Shown one piece after another: positions 42,652 to 53,635 of a DNA stretch of 64,000 nt; the stretch's first letter is position 1; every line of letters begins with the position of its first letter. The notes under the pieces were generated by a model, which had not been told where the DNA came from, searched no databases, and saw only the letters and a program-made list of their open reading frames with translations. The stretch comes from an uncultured Planctomycetaceae bacterium. Lineage in GTDB: Bacteria > Planctomycetota > Planctomycetia > Isosphaerales > Isosphaeraceae. The stretch is taken from contig CAWIAD010000002.1 of the NCBI GenBank assembly GCA_963833985.1, positions 1,824,001 to 1,888,000 of the forward strand, read 5' to 3'. Made by a program: the position numbers and the translations under genes.

Positions 42652-44562
42652 ATGCGTTCCGACACGATCAAGCAGGGCGACGCCAGGGCCGCACACCGCA
42701 GTCTGCTGCGGGCCACGGGGGTGGGCGAAGAAGACTGGGCCAAGCCCTTCATTGCGGTTTGCAACAGCCACGTGGACATCATTCCCGGTCATGTCCACTT
42801 GCAGGCCGTGGGCAACTACGTGAAGGAATGCGTCCGGGCCGCCGGCGGGGTGCCCTTCCTGTTCAATACCATCGGGGTGGATGACGGGATCGCCATGGGG
42901 CACGATGGGATGAAGTACTCGCTCCCCTCGCGCGAGCTGATCGCGGACTCCGTGGAGACGATGATCCAGGCACACATGTTTGATGGCATGATTTGCATTC
43001 CCAATTGCGACAAAATTGTACCCGGCATGTTCATGGGTGCAATGCGGGTGAACGTGCCGACGGTGTTCGTCTCGGGCGGGCCGATGGAGGCCGGCCGGAC
43101 GGCCAGCGGCAAGACAGTCGATCTCATCGATGCGTTCGTGGCGGGCGTGCAGAAGGCCAGCGGCAAGCTGACGGAGGCGGAGCTGGACGAGATCGAGAAG
43201 GCCGCGTGCCCCACCTGCGGCAGTTGTTCGGGGATGTTCACGGCCAACAGCATGAACTGCCTGGCGGAGGCGATTGGCATGGCGCTGCCCGGCAACGGCA
43301 CCATCCTGGCCACGTCGGCGGACCGCAAGACGCTCTATGAGCAGGCGTCTCGCAGGGTTGTGGAGATGGCCCGGCAGTTTGGCAAGGTCGGTCCCGGCCA
43401 CAGCCTGCTGCCGCGCGAGATCGCCTCGGCCGCGGCGTTCGACAACGCCATGGTCCTCGATATGGCGATGGGCGGCAGTACCAACACGGTCCTGCACATC
43501 CTGGCGATTGCTCACGAGGCCGGCGTGCCATACTCGCTCGAGCGGATCGACGAGCTGAGCAAGCAGACGCCGAATATCTGCAAGGTCAGCCCGTCCAGCC
43601 AGTACCACATCGAGGACGTGGCCCGGGCCGGAGGAATTCATACGATCCTGGGCGAGATCGCGCGGGGCTGCCCGGGCCTGCTCGACCTCTCCTGCATGAC
43701 CGTGACCGGCAAGACGCTGGGAGAGAACATCGCCGAGTACGACATCCGCAACCCGTCCAGCAGCAAGGCGGCGAAGATTCTCGCGGACGTCCGGCCGGGC
43801 CGTGAGCGGACCAGCCAGGCATGGACCGTGCCCAGTGTGGCCGCCGGCTCGCAGGCCGCCGGACTGGCCCTGCTGGACTCTGAAGGCGAGGATCAGGGTC
43901 CCGCCGGCGGCAGCGGTGATTCCTCAGGCAATGGGTCCGAGCCGAACGACGGCTTCGCTCCCCAGGACGTGATCCGCCCCGTCGCCAGCGCCTATTCGAA
44001 GACCGGCGGTCTGAACATGCTGCGGGGCAACCTCGCACCCCGCGGAGCCGTCATCAAGACGGCCGGGGTCAAGCCGTCGATGTACCGCCATTCGGGGCCC
44101 GCCGTGATCTTCGAGAGCGAGATGGACGCCTACAACGGCATCGTCTTCGACAAGGTCAAGCCGGGTGATGTGGTGGTGATCCGGTACGAAGGGCCGAGGG
44201 GCGGCCCGGGCATGCAGGAGATGCTGGCGCCGACCACCGCGCTGAAGGGCGTCGGTCTGGACGACCGCTGCGCCCTGATCACCGATGGTCGGTTCTCCGG
44301 CGGGACCGCCGGCGCCTCGATCGGCCATGTGAGCCCGGAGGCGGCCGTCGGCGGTCCGATCGCCCTGCTGCAAGACGGCGACATCATCGATATCGACATC
44401 CACGCCGGGACGCTCTCGGTGCGCCTCTCGGACGATGAGCTGGCCGCGCGCCGGAAGAACTGGTCGCCGCGCCCGCGGCGATTCAAGACCGGCTGGCTGG
44501 CACGGTACGCCAGCATGGCGACCAGCGCGGATACCGGTGCTATCCTTCAGTGGGCGGAGTGA
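42652..44562 (+). CDS. ilvD: Dihydroxy-acid dehydratase
   Basis: [47 protein letters not shown] and TDGRFSG. Confidence 0.96.
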   Translation: MRSDTIKQGDARAAHRSLLRATGVGEEDWAKPFIAVCNSHVDIIPGHVHLQAVGNYVKECVRAAGGVPFLFNTIGVDDGIAMGHDGMKYSLPSRELIADSVETMIQAHMFDGMICIPNCDKIVPGMFMGAMRVNVPTVFVSGGPMEAGRTASGKTVDLIDAFVAGVQKASGKLTEAELDEIEKAACPTCGSCSGMFTANSMNCLAEAIGMALPGNGTILATSADRKTLYEQASRRVVEMARQFGKVGPGHSLLPREIASAAAFDNAMVLDMAMGGSTNTVLHILAIAHEAGVPYSLERIDELSKQTPNICKVSPSSQYHIEDVARAGGIHTILGEIARGCPGLLDLSCMTVTGKTLGENIAEYDIRNPSSSKAAKILADVRPGRERTSQAWTVPSVAAGSQAAGLALLDSEGEDQGPAGGSGDSSGNGSEPNDGFAPQDVIRPVASAYSKTGGLNMLRGNLAPRGAVIKTAGVKPSMYRHSGPAVIFESEMDAYNGIVFDKVKPGDVVVIRYEGPRGGPGMQEMLAPTTALKGVGLDDRCALITDGRFSGGTAGASIGHVSPEAAVGGPIALLQDGDIIDIDIHAGTLSVRLSDDELAARRKNWSPRPRRFKTGWLARYASMATSADTGAILQWAE

Positions 44563-44686
44563 GCCGCGCCGGCGCCGGGGGCCAAGGGCGGAGCCGGGGC
44601 CTGCGGAGACACGGGGGAGCCGCGCGGCACGCCCTGTCGCTTGAAGGACGCATTCCTGAACGACTCGCAGCGAGAGAACCGGACAC

Positions 44687-45448
44687 ATGGGCGGTGAGCC
44701 AGCGCAGACCGAGTTCCTGATCGTCACGCCCACCTATCACCGCGAAGCGCTGCTGGCCCGGTTCGTGAAGCAGGTGCGGTCGCAGGCCTATCCCCACTGG
44801 AAGCTGCTGGTGGTGCATGACGGGGCCAACCCCGACACCGGCAAGCTCATGGGCCGCCTGTCCGCGGCCGATGCACGCATCGGCTACCTGGAGACGAGTG
44901 CCCGCGGCAATGACTTCGGCGTGACGCCCAGGCTGGAAGGCCTGCGGCACGCGGTCCAGGCCGGCGCACCGCCGTACGCCGTGTTCTGGGACGACGATGA
45001 CTACTTCGTGAAGAACGCACTGGAGTTGATCGCCAGGAGCCTGCGGGCGTCCGGCTCTCCGGACCTCTTGCTCTCTCCCAACTATTACCGCAACCGCGTG
45101 ATCCCGCCGCCCGGCCTGCCGATCGCGGCGCTGGGGCCCGGACAGGTGACGACCGGCAACTTCACGGTCCGCACGGCGCTGGCGCTGCGGGCTTACGAGC
45201 AGATCATCACCATGAAGGAAGGCGCATCGCATGAAGTGATGTACGTGCAGGATTTCCTGCTGCTGGACCAGCTTCGAAAGCTGGAGCCCGCCTGCTCCAT
45301 GCACATTGCCGACGGTAGCGTGATCGGCATGCACGACGGCCTGCGGCCGCAGGTTTACATCAGGAACCGGCTGGGAATTCCCCCGCTGGGGCTGCTCGGT
45401 CGCGAGCGGATCGGCAAGTTGATGTTCTGGAAGGGCAGCCCCCGGTAA
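44687..45448 (+). CDS. Glycosyltransferase family 2
   Basis: IVTPTYHR, LLVVHDG and VFWDDDD. Confidence 0.75.
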   Translation: MGGEPAQTEFLIVTPTYHREALLARFVKQVRSQAYPHWKLLVVHDGANPDTGKLMGRLSAADARIGYLETSARGNDFGVTPRLEGLRHAVQAGAPPYAVFWDDDDYFVKNALELIARSLRASGSPDLLLSPNYYRNRVIPPPGLPIAALGPGQVTTGNFTVRTALALRAYEQIITMKEGASHEVMYVQDFLLLDQLRKLEPACSMHIADGSVIGMHDGLRPQVYIRNRLGIPPLGLLGRERIGKLMFWKGSPR

Positions 45449-45500
45449 GCGCGGGTGGCCGCATGAGACGGCGGGCTGCGCCGCGCCGGAGAGCCAGACC

Positions 45501-46271
45501 GTGGCGAACCCATTCGACTTGACGGGCAAGGTGGCCATCGTGACCGGCGGCAACGGCGGCATTGGTCTGGGGATCGCCCGCGGCCTGGCCGAGGCCGGGG
45601 CTGCCGTGGCCGTCCTGGGTCGGAACGAGGCCAAGTCGCGGCAGGCGGCAGGGGAGGTCGCCGCGGATACCGGCGCGCGAACCCTGGCCATCACGGCCGA
45701 CGTGTCCAGGCCCGATGAGGTGGACCGGGCGGTCGCCGAGGCTCACGCGGCGTTCGGCCGTATCGACATCCTGTTCAACAACGCGGGCATCAACATCCGC
45801 AAGCCGCCCCAGGACCTCGACGTCCAGGAATGGTCACGCGTGCTGGAAACGAACCTCACGAGCGCGTTCCTGATGTCCCGCGCCGTCTATCCCGTCATGA
45901 AGCGCGGTGGCCGTGGCAAGATCATCAACACGGGGAGCATGACCTCGATCTTTGGCTCCAGCTTCGCGGTCGCCTACGCCAGCAGCAAGGGAGGGATCGT
46001 GCAGTTGACCAGGAGCCTGGCGCTGGCCTGGGCGGTGGACAACATCCAGGTGAACGCCATCCTGCCGGGGTGGTTTGATACCGAATTGACGCAGCAGGCG
46101 CGGCAGGAGATTCCTGGGCTGCACGAGCGTGTGCTGGCCCGGATTGCGGCCGGGCGCTGGGCGAGGCCGGAAGACATGGCCGGGACGGCCGTCTGGCTGT
46201 CCAGCTCGGCCAGCGACTATGTCACCGGCGTGGCCATTGCCGTGGACGGGGGATATTCCGCGGCGCTGTGA
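45501..46271 (+). CDS. SDR family oxidoreductase (KduD/gluconate 5-dehydrogenase-like)
   Basis: TGGNGGIG, NNAG, YASSK and VNAILPG. Confidence 0.9.
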   Translation: MANPFDLTGKVAIVTGGNGGIGLGIARGLAEAGAAVAVLGRNEAKSRQAAGEVAADTGARTLAITADVSRPDEVDRAVAEAHAAFGRIDILFNNAGINIRKPPQDLDVQEWSRVLETNLTSAFLMSRAVYPVMKRGGRGKIINTGSMTSIFGSSFAVAYASSKGGIVQLTRSLALAWAVDNIQVNAILPGWFDTELTQQARQEIPGLHERVLARIAAGRWARPEDMAGTAVWLSSSASDYVTGVAIAVDGGYSAAL

Positions 46272-46330
46272 AGAGGAACAGTCCGCCGCGGCGCTCGATG
46301 GGCTTTGCCTGGAATGGACTGACAGTCAGC

Positions 46331-47892
46331 TCACTCGCCGTTGTCGCCGTCCTCGGCGGACGCGTCGGGGTCGGCCACGACGCGGCCGATCAGCTCCAGC
46401 TCCAGCTTCTGGTTGAAGGGAAGTCTCAGTGCCAGCGGCTTGAGCGGCATCATGAACTGGAGGCTGGGGAACGACAGGGGGCCCAGCGGGCTGTTCCGCA
46501 GCAGGTTGCTCGCCATCGAGAAGGCGGCCTTGGCGGCCCTGCCGTCTGCCTTGGCTGCCGGCCGGGTGGCCGAGCTCGCGGGCGCCGCGGGGGCCGGACG
46601 CGGCTTGTGCGACTGGGGGCTGGGACGCGGATCGGACGATCCCGCGGCGGACGTGTCGGCCTTGTCCTCCTCGGGCAGCGGAGGCAGTTCCGCGGGCGTG
46701 CCGTCGGCGTGGACGCCCTGCGGCAGCGTCCGGCTTGGCAGCGCAGGAAGGGCCAGCCTGGACGGGCTGACAGCCACGCGCGGCACGGGCCGGGGCAATT
46801 CGAGCGACTCGGCCCTGGCCGAAGCGGTCGGTTGCACGACCTCCTCGGCGCTGATCAGTGCCAGCCGTTCCCGGACCACGGCCTTGCCGTCCTTGTCGGC
46901 GACCGTGTGTGGACCGAAGCCGATGAGCAAGATCTCATCGCGCGGGATGAGCCACTCGCCGGCGATCTCCGCACGGCCGATCTCGGGAACCTGCACCTCG
47001 GCTCCGGGCGCGGCAGTGGCCGTCGCCGTGGGCTTGCTCGAGCTCGAGCATGCGATGGGCGATCCATGCCGCTCGGCCCGACCGCCGCAGTCATCGGCGC
47101 AGCAGGACTCTTCACCCGGGGCGTGCAGCCCCGCCTGCTTGGTTTCCGCGTCCGCGGTCTTCACCTCGGTCAGAGCCTGGAACGGGCGCCGGACGCCTCG
47201 ACCGGGGTGCTCCCATTCTGGACGCAGAAGTTCAGGACATCCTTGAAGGAGAGCGGCTTATCAAGGTCAATGACAATGTGATTCGCACTGAGCGCGCCCG
47301 TGGCCCCGACATCTCCCGGAACCGTATGGACGTCCGTGACGATCATGAGGTTCGCGGGTTCCTTCGCCGTCTCGGCGCTGGCCGTGCGAGCCGCATGCGG
47401 CGCCGGCGCGGGAACATGCAGCGTGTGCACCGAGCGAATGTCGGTGTCCTCGATGACGAGCTGGGCCAGCACTCCCTGGTCGATGCAGCGACCGGCGATG
47501 GTGGTGGTCATCCCTTCGCGGACGATCTCGGTGGTCTGGCGGGGAGGCGTGCCCTCACCACGCCAGGAGACCTGGGTGACGAACGGATGGTTCTTGCGGA
47601 TGGTGAAGTGCGCCGGGGCCTGGGAAAAGGAGGTGATCCGCGGCGCGGTCACAACGTCCTTTGTCGACCCTCCGGGCAGTGCCTTGAAGAAGTCGCGCGG
47701 GGCCGTCCAGACCGTGACGCCGCCCCGGCTGGCGACCGGCTTGAGCCCGCAGCCCGCCGACTGCCGCCACTCGAGGCCGCGCACCTCCACGACCTGAAAC
47801 TGATAGGTGATCTCCGGCCCACATTCTTTCGGCTCGGGTGTGCCGGCCAGGGCAAGTAAGACCACCGCAAGACCTTGCAGTGCGCTGCTCAT
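46331..47892 (-). CDS. Hypothetical secreted protein (probably one gene split near 47170)
   Basis: Signal-like MSSALQGLAVVLLALAG. Two consecutive ORFs (47170-47892, 46331-47164) lie in different frames with no gap. Confidence 0.5.
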
Positions 47893-48068
47893 GCGACGAC
47901 CTCCATTTCGTCTCTTCAAAGTGAGAGTTGCGCGAGGGGGATCCACGATCGGGCCCCGGCTCGGGCGGGATGATACGACCGATAGCCGGACGCGTCAATC
48001 GCGGCTGTCGGACGGCCGGAACGGGAACTTGAGCGATTCCCGTGGTCCTTCATGGTTTTCCCGCGGTT

Positions 48069-50021
48069 TCAATCCGTATTCTTGGTGCCGGATGGGGCGC
48101 CCTCCGGCCGCGGTTCTGGGGGCGTGGGTGGCGTCTTGCGGTCCTCCTCCGCTGGCATGAACTCGATTCCTTCGACGGTGGATTCTTCGGGCGGGTCCTG
48201 AAACTCGATTCCTTCGCGGCTGGCCGCGCCGGGACCCAAGTCGTCCGGCCTTCTCGGGCGGTCGACCTCGATGTCAAAACGGTTCAGGCACGTCTGGAAG
48301 AACGCGAACGCCAGGGCGCCGTAGAAGGCGATGCTGACCAGGTAGGTCACCACGAGCACGCCCCGGTTGGGTCCATAGGAATACGCGGCGTGCAAGAAGT
48401 CCTCGAGCTCACGGAACGAGAAGAGCGAGGCAGTGACAATCACCGGCGTGACACCCGCGGCCAGCAGCACGGCGTCGTCGCCCCGCATCGCGGGGATGCA
48501 GCAGAAGAGATAGCCGCCATTGAAGAAGACGAGGATGCCGATGATCGTGGCGATAGCCCGTGCCGAACTCTTCATGCGCAGGGAAACGAACGTGCCCAGG
48601 CAGGCGATGAAGGTGAGATCGACCGCGATGGCAAGCAGCGACGCCAGGAAGCCCAGGGGATGGACGGCTCCACAGACGAGCCCCAGGAACCAGAGTGTCA
48701 GGATCAGAGCCGGCAAGGAGCGAACCCGCCAGAGCGCACCCACGATCTTGCCGATGACGATCTCCTCGCCCTCCAGCGGAGTGGCTGTCAGGCTGGTCCA
48801 GCAATCCTTTTCGCGCTCCATGGTGATTCCGGTCGCTGCGCCCGCGCCGACCACCAGGGCCGTGAGCATGTACAGGCACGCGGTAAAGCTTCTGAGCCCG
48901 GCGTTCATGGTCTCGCGGGCGTGGTAGCTGGCCGTGGCGCCATAGCCGTAGTCGAGCTGCTCCTCGAACGCGGGAATGCCTGCGTACAGGGCCCAGTAGC
49001 CGATGCCAGTCATCGCGGCCAGGCCCATGCACAGGACAACGACGGTACGCATCAGGCTGGGGCTGGAAAGCGACCCGGTGCATTCTTTCCAGAGCATGGG
49101 AGCATTGCCGCAGGGTCGCCGCGCGAAGAAGCGCCTTGGCTGGAAAGACCTCCGCGTACTGAGCCACCGCAGGCCCCAGAGACGTGCGCCCTGTTCCACG
49201 GCACGGAGCCGGAGCGTGCACCAGCCGATCAGCAAGCTTCCTTGAAGGATTTGCAGCGCAATCAGCCACAGGGCGAGTGTCGCGATCGCCTGAGGGGATG
49301 ATCCTGCGCCGATCTGGATCCGGTAGAGCACGTACATGGGGCTGCTGCCGAGGATCCAGTCCGTGACCGGGCGCGCCTCCTGCGTGAGCCGGGCAACGGT
49401 CCCGCCCGCCGACACGCAGAGCCCTTCAAAGAACGGCAAGAGCAGCCACACCAGCTCCATTAGGTAGGCGCGCAGAATGGCGTCCCTGGGCCGCGCGGAG
49501 AACGTGGAGGCGAAGATCGAGAGGGCCGCCACCAGGTAGAGCGTGGAGAACGAGGCTCCGTACCAGAGCCAGACCTGCTCCGGAACGATGCCTCCCAGAA
49601 ACAGGGCGATGCTCACCACCGGCAGCCCGACGGCCACCAGAATGACCAGGTTGATGAGCCGGGCGGCCAGCTTGCCCAGGACGATCTCGGCGCCGGTGAG
49701 CGGGCTGGCCAGCAGGTAGGTGAGCACCTTGCGATTGCGGTCCTCGGCGATGGTTCCAGCCACGAACGCGGGAGTGAGCAGCAAGATGACGATCGATTGC
49801 AGCCAGATCACGGAGCTGAAGAGGCTCATTCCCATGTAGGCCAGATCGCTGGCGGAGTACTCGTGATCCGCCTCCGGCGGGTATGAATATCCTCTCCATC
49901 CGTAAAGCGACTGGACCACGAGGTAAAGCATGAACAGGCCCAGCCCTGTGCGCAGCACGAACGAGCGCCTGCGCCGGGCCACGCTTCGCAATTCGTGAAA
50001 GAAGACGGGTCCGGGCAACAT
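48069..50021 (-). CDS. ABC-2-type transporter permease (duplicated permease domain)
   Basis: GPVFFHELR, TPAFVAGTIAEDR...LLASPL...EIVLGKL, and a second EREK...LTATPL...IVIGK. Confidence 0.85.
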   Translation of the reverse strand: MLPGPVFFHELRSVARRRRSFVLRTGLGLFMLYLVVQSLYGWRGYSYPPEADHEYSASDLAYMGMSLFSSVIWLQSIVILLLTPAFVAGTIAEDRNRKVLTYLLASPLTGAEIVLGKLAARLINLVILVAVGLPVVSIALFLGGIVPEQVWLWYGASFSTLYLVAALSIFASTFSARPRDAILRAYLMELVWLLLPFFEGLCVSAGGTVARLTQEARPVTDWILGSSPMYVLYRIQIGAGSSPQAIATLALWLIALQILQGSLLIGWCTLRLRAVEQGARLWGLRWLSTRRSFQPRRFFARRPCGNAPMLWKECTGSLSSPSLMRTVVVLCMGLAAMTGIGYWALYAGIPAFEEQLDYGYGATASYHARETMNAGLRSFTACLYMLTALVVGAGAATGITMEREKDCWTSLTATPLEGEEIVIGKIVGALWRVRSLPALILTLWFLGLVCGAVHPLGFLASLLAIAVDLTFIACLGTFVSLRMKSSARAIATIIGILVFFNGGYLFCCIPAMRGDDAVLLAAGVTPVIVTASLFSFRELEDFLHAAYSYGPNRGVLVVTYLVSIAFYGALAFAFFQTCLNRFDIEVDRPRRPDDLGPGAASREGIEFQDPPEESTVEGIEFMPAEEDRKTPPTPPEPRPEGAPSGTKNTD

Positions 50022-50342
50022 GATGGGCGCGACAGCCGTTGAAGCGACGAGGGGAACAGGCGTTTGTGCGACGCTCGCTGCCGGCCTGGCGAGCGGGGAA
50101 GAGCGGACGCATGCACCCGTGCTGCCGGCGAGACTCCACGATCGCCGATTGCCCCGTTCAGTTCAAGCCCGTCCATCCTCGAGAGGCCGCGCTCGCTGGT
50201 GCGCTGCTGGCGAAGATTGATTCCCGGACACGCGTTCCCTAAGATGACCAGAGTATGCGGGATCCGCCCGGGGGACCCTGCTGATTCCGATGTGTGAGTC
50301 GCGGGCCCGGGGAACGGCCGAAGCCGCCGGGGAAGAGGTCGC

Positions 50343-51308
50343 ATGGCCACGGACACAAGGCTCAAGGAGTCGCTCCCGGCGATCACCGATCGGCTCGTGG
50401 AGACGTACGAGGAATGCGGGGCGATCCACCACCTGGGTCACTCGCCGCTTCCCAGCTATCGCGAAGTCGTCGAGCTCATGGCCGACCTGCGCGAGGTGCT
50501 TTACCCCGGTTACGGCCGCCGCCAGAATCTTCATCTGGGAAACGTGGCGTACCACGTGGGGGATCTGATCGACAGCCTGCACGACCGGCTCACTCAGCAG
50601 ATCGCCCGGGCCTTTCGGCACAACTGCCGCGCCCAGGACCTCGACGGCGATTTCGAGGCCAGGTCCCAGGAGATCGTGATCCAGTTTCTCGGCGCGCTGC
50701 CGGAGCTGCGCCGGGTGCTCAGCGAGGATGCCCAGGCGGCCTACGACGGCGACCCCGCCGCCAGGAGCCTGGACGAGATCGTCTTCTGCTATCCCGGCGT
50801 GGCGGCGATTGCGGTCCACCGGCTTGCTCATGTGCTTTATGAGCTTGGCGTCCCGCTCATTCCCCGGATGATGACCGAGTATGCGCACGGCAAGACGGGC
50901 ATCGACATTCATCCGGGTGCGCGAATCGGCCACCGCTTCTTCATTGACCACGGCACCGGTGTGGTCATCGGCGAGACGACCGAGATCGGTAACGGAGTGA
51001 AGATTTACCAGGGCGTGACGCTCGGTGCTTTGAGTTTTCCTCGCGACGAGGCCACCGGTGAGGTTCTCCGCGGCAACAAGCGGCACCCCACGATCGAGGA
51101 CGAGGTGGTGATCTACGCCAACGCCACCATCCTCGGCGGCGACACGGTCATCGGCCACCACTCGGTGATCGGCTCGTCCGCATGGCTCACCCGCAGCGTC
51201 GCGCCGCACACCACCGTGACGATCGAGAGCCCGCGCCTGCGCTATCGGGAAGGGGGCGATGTCCCGATCGGCGATGGCTATTCCGATCGCCTGAACTACC
51301 AGATCTGA
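50343..51308 (+). CDS. cysE: Serine O-acetyltransferase (CysE/EpsC type)
   Basis: [34 protein letters not shown] and KRHPT. Confidence 0.92.
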   Translation: MATDTRLKESLPAITDRLVETYEECGAIHHLGHSPLPSYREVVELMADLREVLYPGYGRRQNLHLGNVAYHVGDLIDSLHDRLTQQIARAFRHNCRAQDLDGDFEARSQEIVIQFLGALPELRRVLSEDAQAAYDGDPAARSLDEIVFCYPGVAAIAVHRLAHVLYELGVPLIPRMMTEYAHGKTGIDIHPGARIGHRFFIDHGTGVVIGETTEIGNGVKIYQGVTLGALSFPRDEATGEVLRGNKRHPTIEDEVVIYANATILGGDTVIGHHSVIGSSAWLTRSVAPHTTVTIESPRLRYREGGDVPIGDGYSDRLNYQI

Positions 51309-51403
51309 CGGCTCGCGGATCCTGACTCTTTCCGCTCCGGGACTTCCTCCTCTCCAGGACCTCTTCCGTGACCTTGCTCGAGATTCGCCCACGCGTGCGG
51401 CGG

Positions 51404-52198
51404 ATGGCCTTCAAACCCGGCCGGCCGCTTCTACTTGCCTGGATGACTGGTGCTCTGACGGCAGTCGGCGCGCTGCCGGGCGCCGGGTCGCTGCCTGCCA
51501 GGGCCCAGCCCCTGGCCGCGCAGCGCATCAACTTCCGGCAGCCTCTTCGGGAGTACAACCTCGTGCGTCTGGGTGAAATGTCTGTCCAGGTGGAGAAGCA
51601 GCTCCAGGCCGAGGCACCGGAGATTGCCAGGAAGGCACTGGACCGATTGCAGGCCGAACGCTCCCGCGCGCTGGCCGCACTGCCCCCGAAAGCCGCCAGG
51701 CGGCTGGCGAAGATCCGATTCTTTCTGATGTACGGCCCCAAGGCGCACGGCGGAGGCAAGTCGAACGGCCTGGAGTATTTCCAGAAAACCGCCCCACAGT
51801 ACCATCCCGAGCTCGACAGCCGGTGGGGTGATGCGATCGTCGTCTACTCCGCACCCAATTACACCAGGATCTCCGACCTCTGGGCCCAGAAGGCCCTGAT
51901 GCACGAGTTGGCTCATGCGTACCAGCTCGAGCAGTGGCCGGAGCATCAGCCGGACATCCAGCAAGCCTGGGAAAATGCCCGTGACAGTGGGCTCTACCAC
52001 AATGTCAAGGACGTCGAAACCGGGAAATCGATCCCGAATGCTTACGCCCTGGTGAACCAGCTCGAGTATTTCGCCGAAGTCACCTGCATGTACTTCGCCA
52101 GGTGCAACTATCAGCCCTCCGACCGCGAACAACTGAAAGCCTATGACCCGGTGGGCTACGCCATGATTCGCAAGCTCTGGCAGCCGGAAGGCTCGTGA
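51404..52198 (+). CDS. Secreted zincin-like metallopeptidase
   Basis: HELAH (HEXXH), downstream EYFAE and a signal-like N-terminus. Confidence 0.65.
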   Translation: MAFKPGRPLLLAWMTGALTAVGALPGAGSLPARAQPLAAQRINFRQPLREYNLVRLGEMSVQVEKQLQAEAPEIARKALDRLQAERSRALAALPPKAARRLAKIRFFLMYGPKAHGGGKSNGLEYFQKTAPQYHPELDSRWGDAIVVYSAPNYTRISDLWAQKALMHELAHAYQLEQWPEHQPDIQQAWENARDSGLYHNVKDVETGKSIPNAYALVNQLEYFAEVTCMYFARCNYQPSDREQLKAYDPVGYAMIRKLWQPEGS

Positions 52199-52238
52199 AG
52201 TCGCCAGCAGGCCGTGTTCAGGTTGCTCAATACACGGT

Positions 52239-53329
52239 TCAGTAATCGTACAGGACGGCGAAGATCGGCTGGTAACTGTACGCCTGGGGGCCGGTCATCG
52301 GCACGTTCACGTCCGCGAAGAAATACCACAGTCCCGTGCCAATCTTTTCGACGGGGCCCGGGATCTTGCAACGCATACCGGGAAGCAGGGTGAACGCGGT
52401 CTCGTGGCGCGGGGTGCCGGCGACCGTGCTCGTCTGGGTAGCGACCAGATAGAGCCACACTTGCTGGAGCCAGCCGTCCTTGGAACCAGGAAAGTATCGG
52501 CCGACCCCGAGAACGTTCTGGTACTGGGTGTACCCGGTGTGGGCAAACGGGATGACCGGCCCGGTCTCGCCTCGAATCATCCACATGCCGCCAAACGGAA
52601 ACCACAACCCTCGGAAAGACGTCGTGAGCGCGTTGTAACCTTGCCCGTTCTCCGTCCGGCCCGTGGGCGCGTTGTAACCCAGTGCCAGCCCGTATCCGTA
52701 GTTCTTGGTCTCGCAGAGCAGGGTCTTCAACCAGAAGGTCTGGTCGCCAATGTTGCTGTGGTAGGTGTTGCTGCGCCGCCCTTGTTCGAGACGATGAAGT
52801 AGGAATCAATCTGAAACTCGAGCCGCCGGTTCAGGGGAGCGAAGAGCGTGTAGCGGCCGACGTATCCGTTGCCGATTTTCTGGTTCACGCCCTGATCGTA
52901 GGCAAACGCGAAGAACCAGGCACGGAAGAACTGTCCGTCGAACGCCCCGACCCACCCTTGACGGGGAGCACCCGCACTGCTGGAGGTCGGCAGCACGAAG
53001 GGCGTGTTCCATCCGTCAGAAAAATATGTACGCAAATAGAGAGGTGTCCAGCGCGCCTTGGCCTCATCCGAATAGATGTCGTCAAAGAGCGACCTGCCGA
53101 TCACGTCCAGCACCGACAGCCGCGCCGGTGGGGCGATGTCGGGCGTGTTCGCGGGCAGGGCCTGAGGTGGGGTCACCAGCGGTTCGGCCAGCCCGGTATC
53201 TGAATAGGGCGCGGGGCTGATGGGGGTCTCCTGGGCGTGGACAAGGGAAAGCCGGAACAGGGCCAGTACAATCGCGCAGGCCATTGCACCAGCCCGGTTC
53301 CGGCTCGAATCAAAGCCGGGTCGCGGCAT
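52239..53329 (-). CDS. Hypothetical secreted, aromatic-rich (beta-barrel-like) protein; frameshift ~52773
   Basis: Signal peptide ending VHA-QE; the two ORFs join at NKGG|SNTYH; C-terminal aromatic residue (LYDY). Confidence 0.6.
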
Positions 53330-53551
53330 CGCATACTCCCGCAATTCAGGGTCGACGGCCAGGCCCCGTTCTCCGGCGGTTCTCAACCGAGAAACGGACC
53401 AGAGCAACGGCGGCATCACAGCCGCATGACGATGGCCTTTGGAATTATCGGAAGAATCGTCGGAGTTGCTTAAGATAGTCCCATCGACGCTGCCCGGATG
53501 ACGGCGCGACGAGCAGGTCTGCCTGGCCGGGATCAGCCCGCCGGGACGTGC

Positions 53552-53598
53552 CGGCACGGCGCTCGCACTGCAAATCAGTTGCCGGAATAGAAGTTGCA
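53552..53598 (+). promoter_or_regulatory. Candidate sigma54 -24/-12 motifs upstream of treZ
   Basis: CGGCACGGCGCTCGCA (53552-67) and CGGAATAGAAGTTGCA (53583-98), both GG-N10-GC. Confidence 0.4.
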
Positions 53599-53635
53599 GC
53601 AGAATGCCCGGGCATGCAGGGCATGAACAGTAGAC

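Noticed and set aside
50022..50342. Riboswitch upstream of cysE
   Set aside because: No SAM-I or other riboswitch consensus is recognisable by eye; an Rfam scan would be needed.
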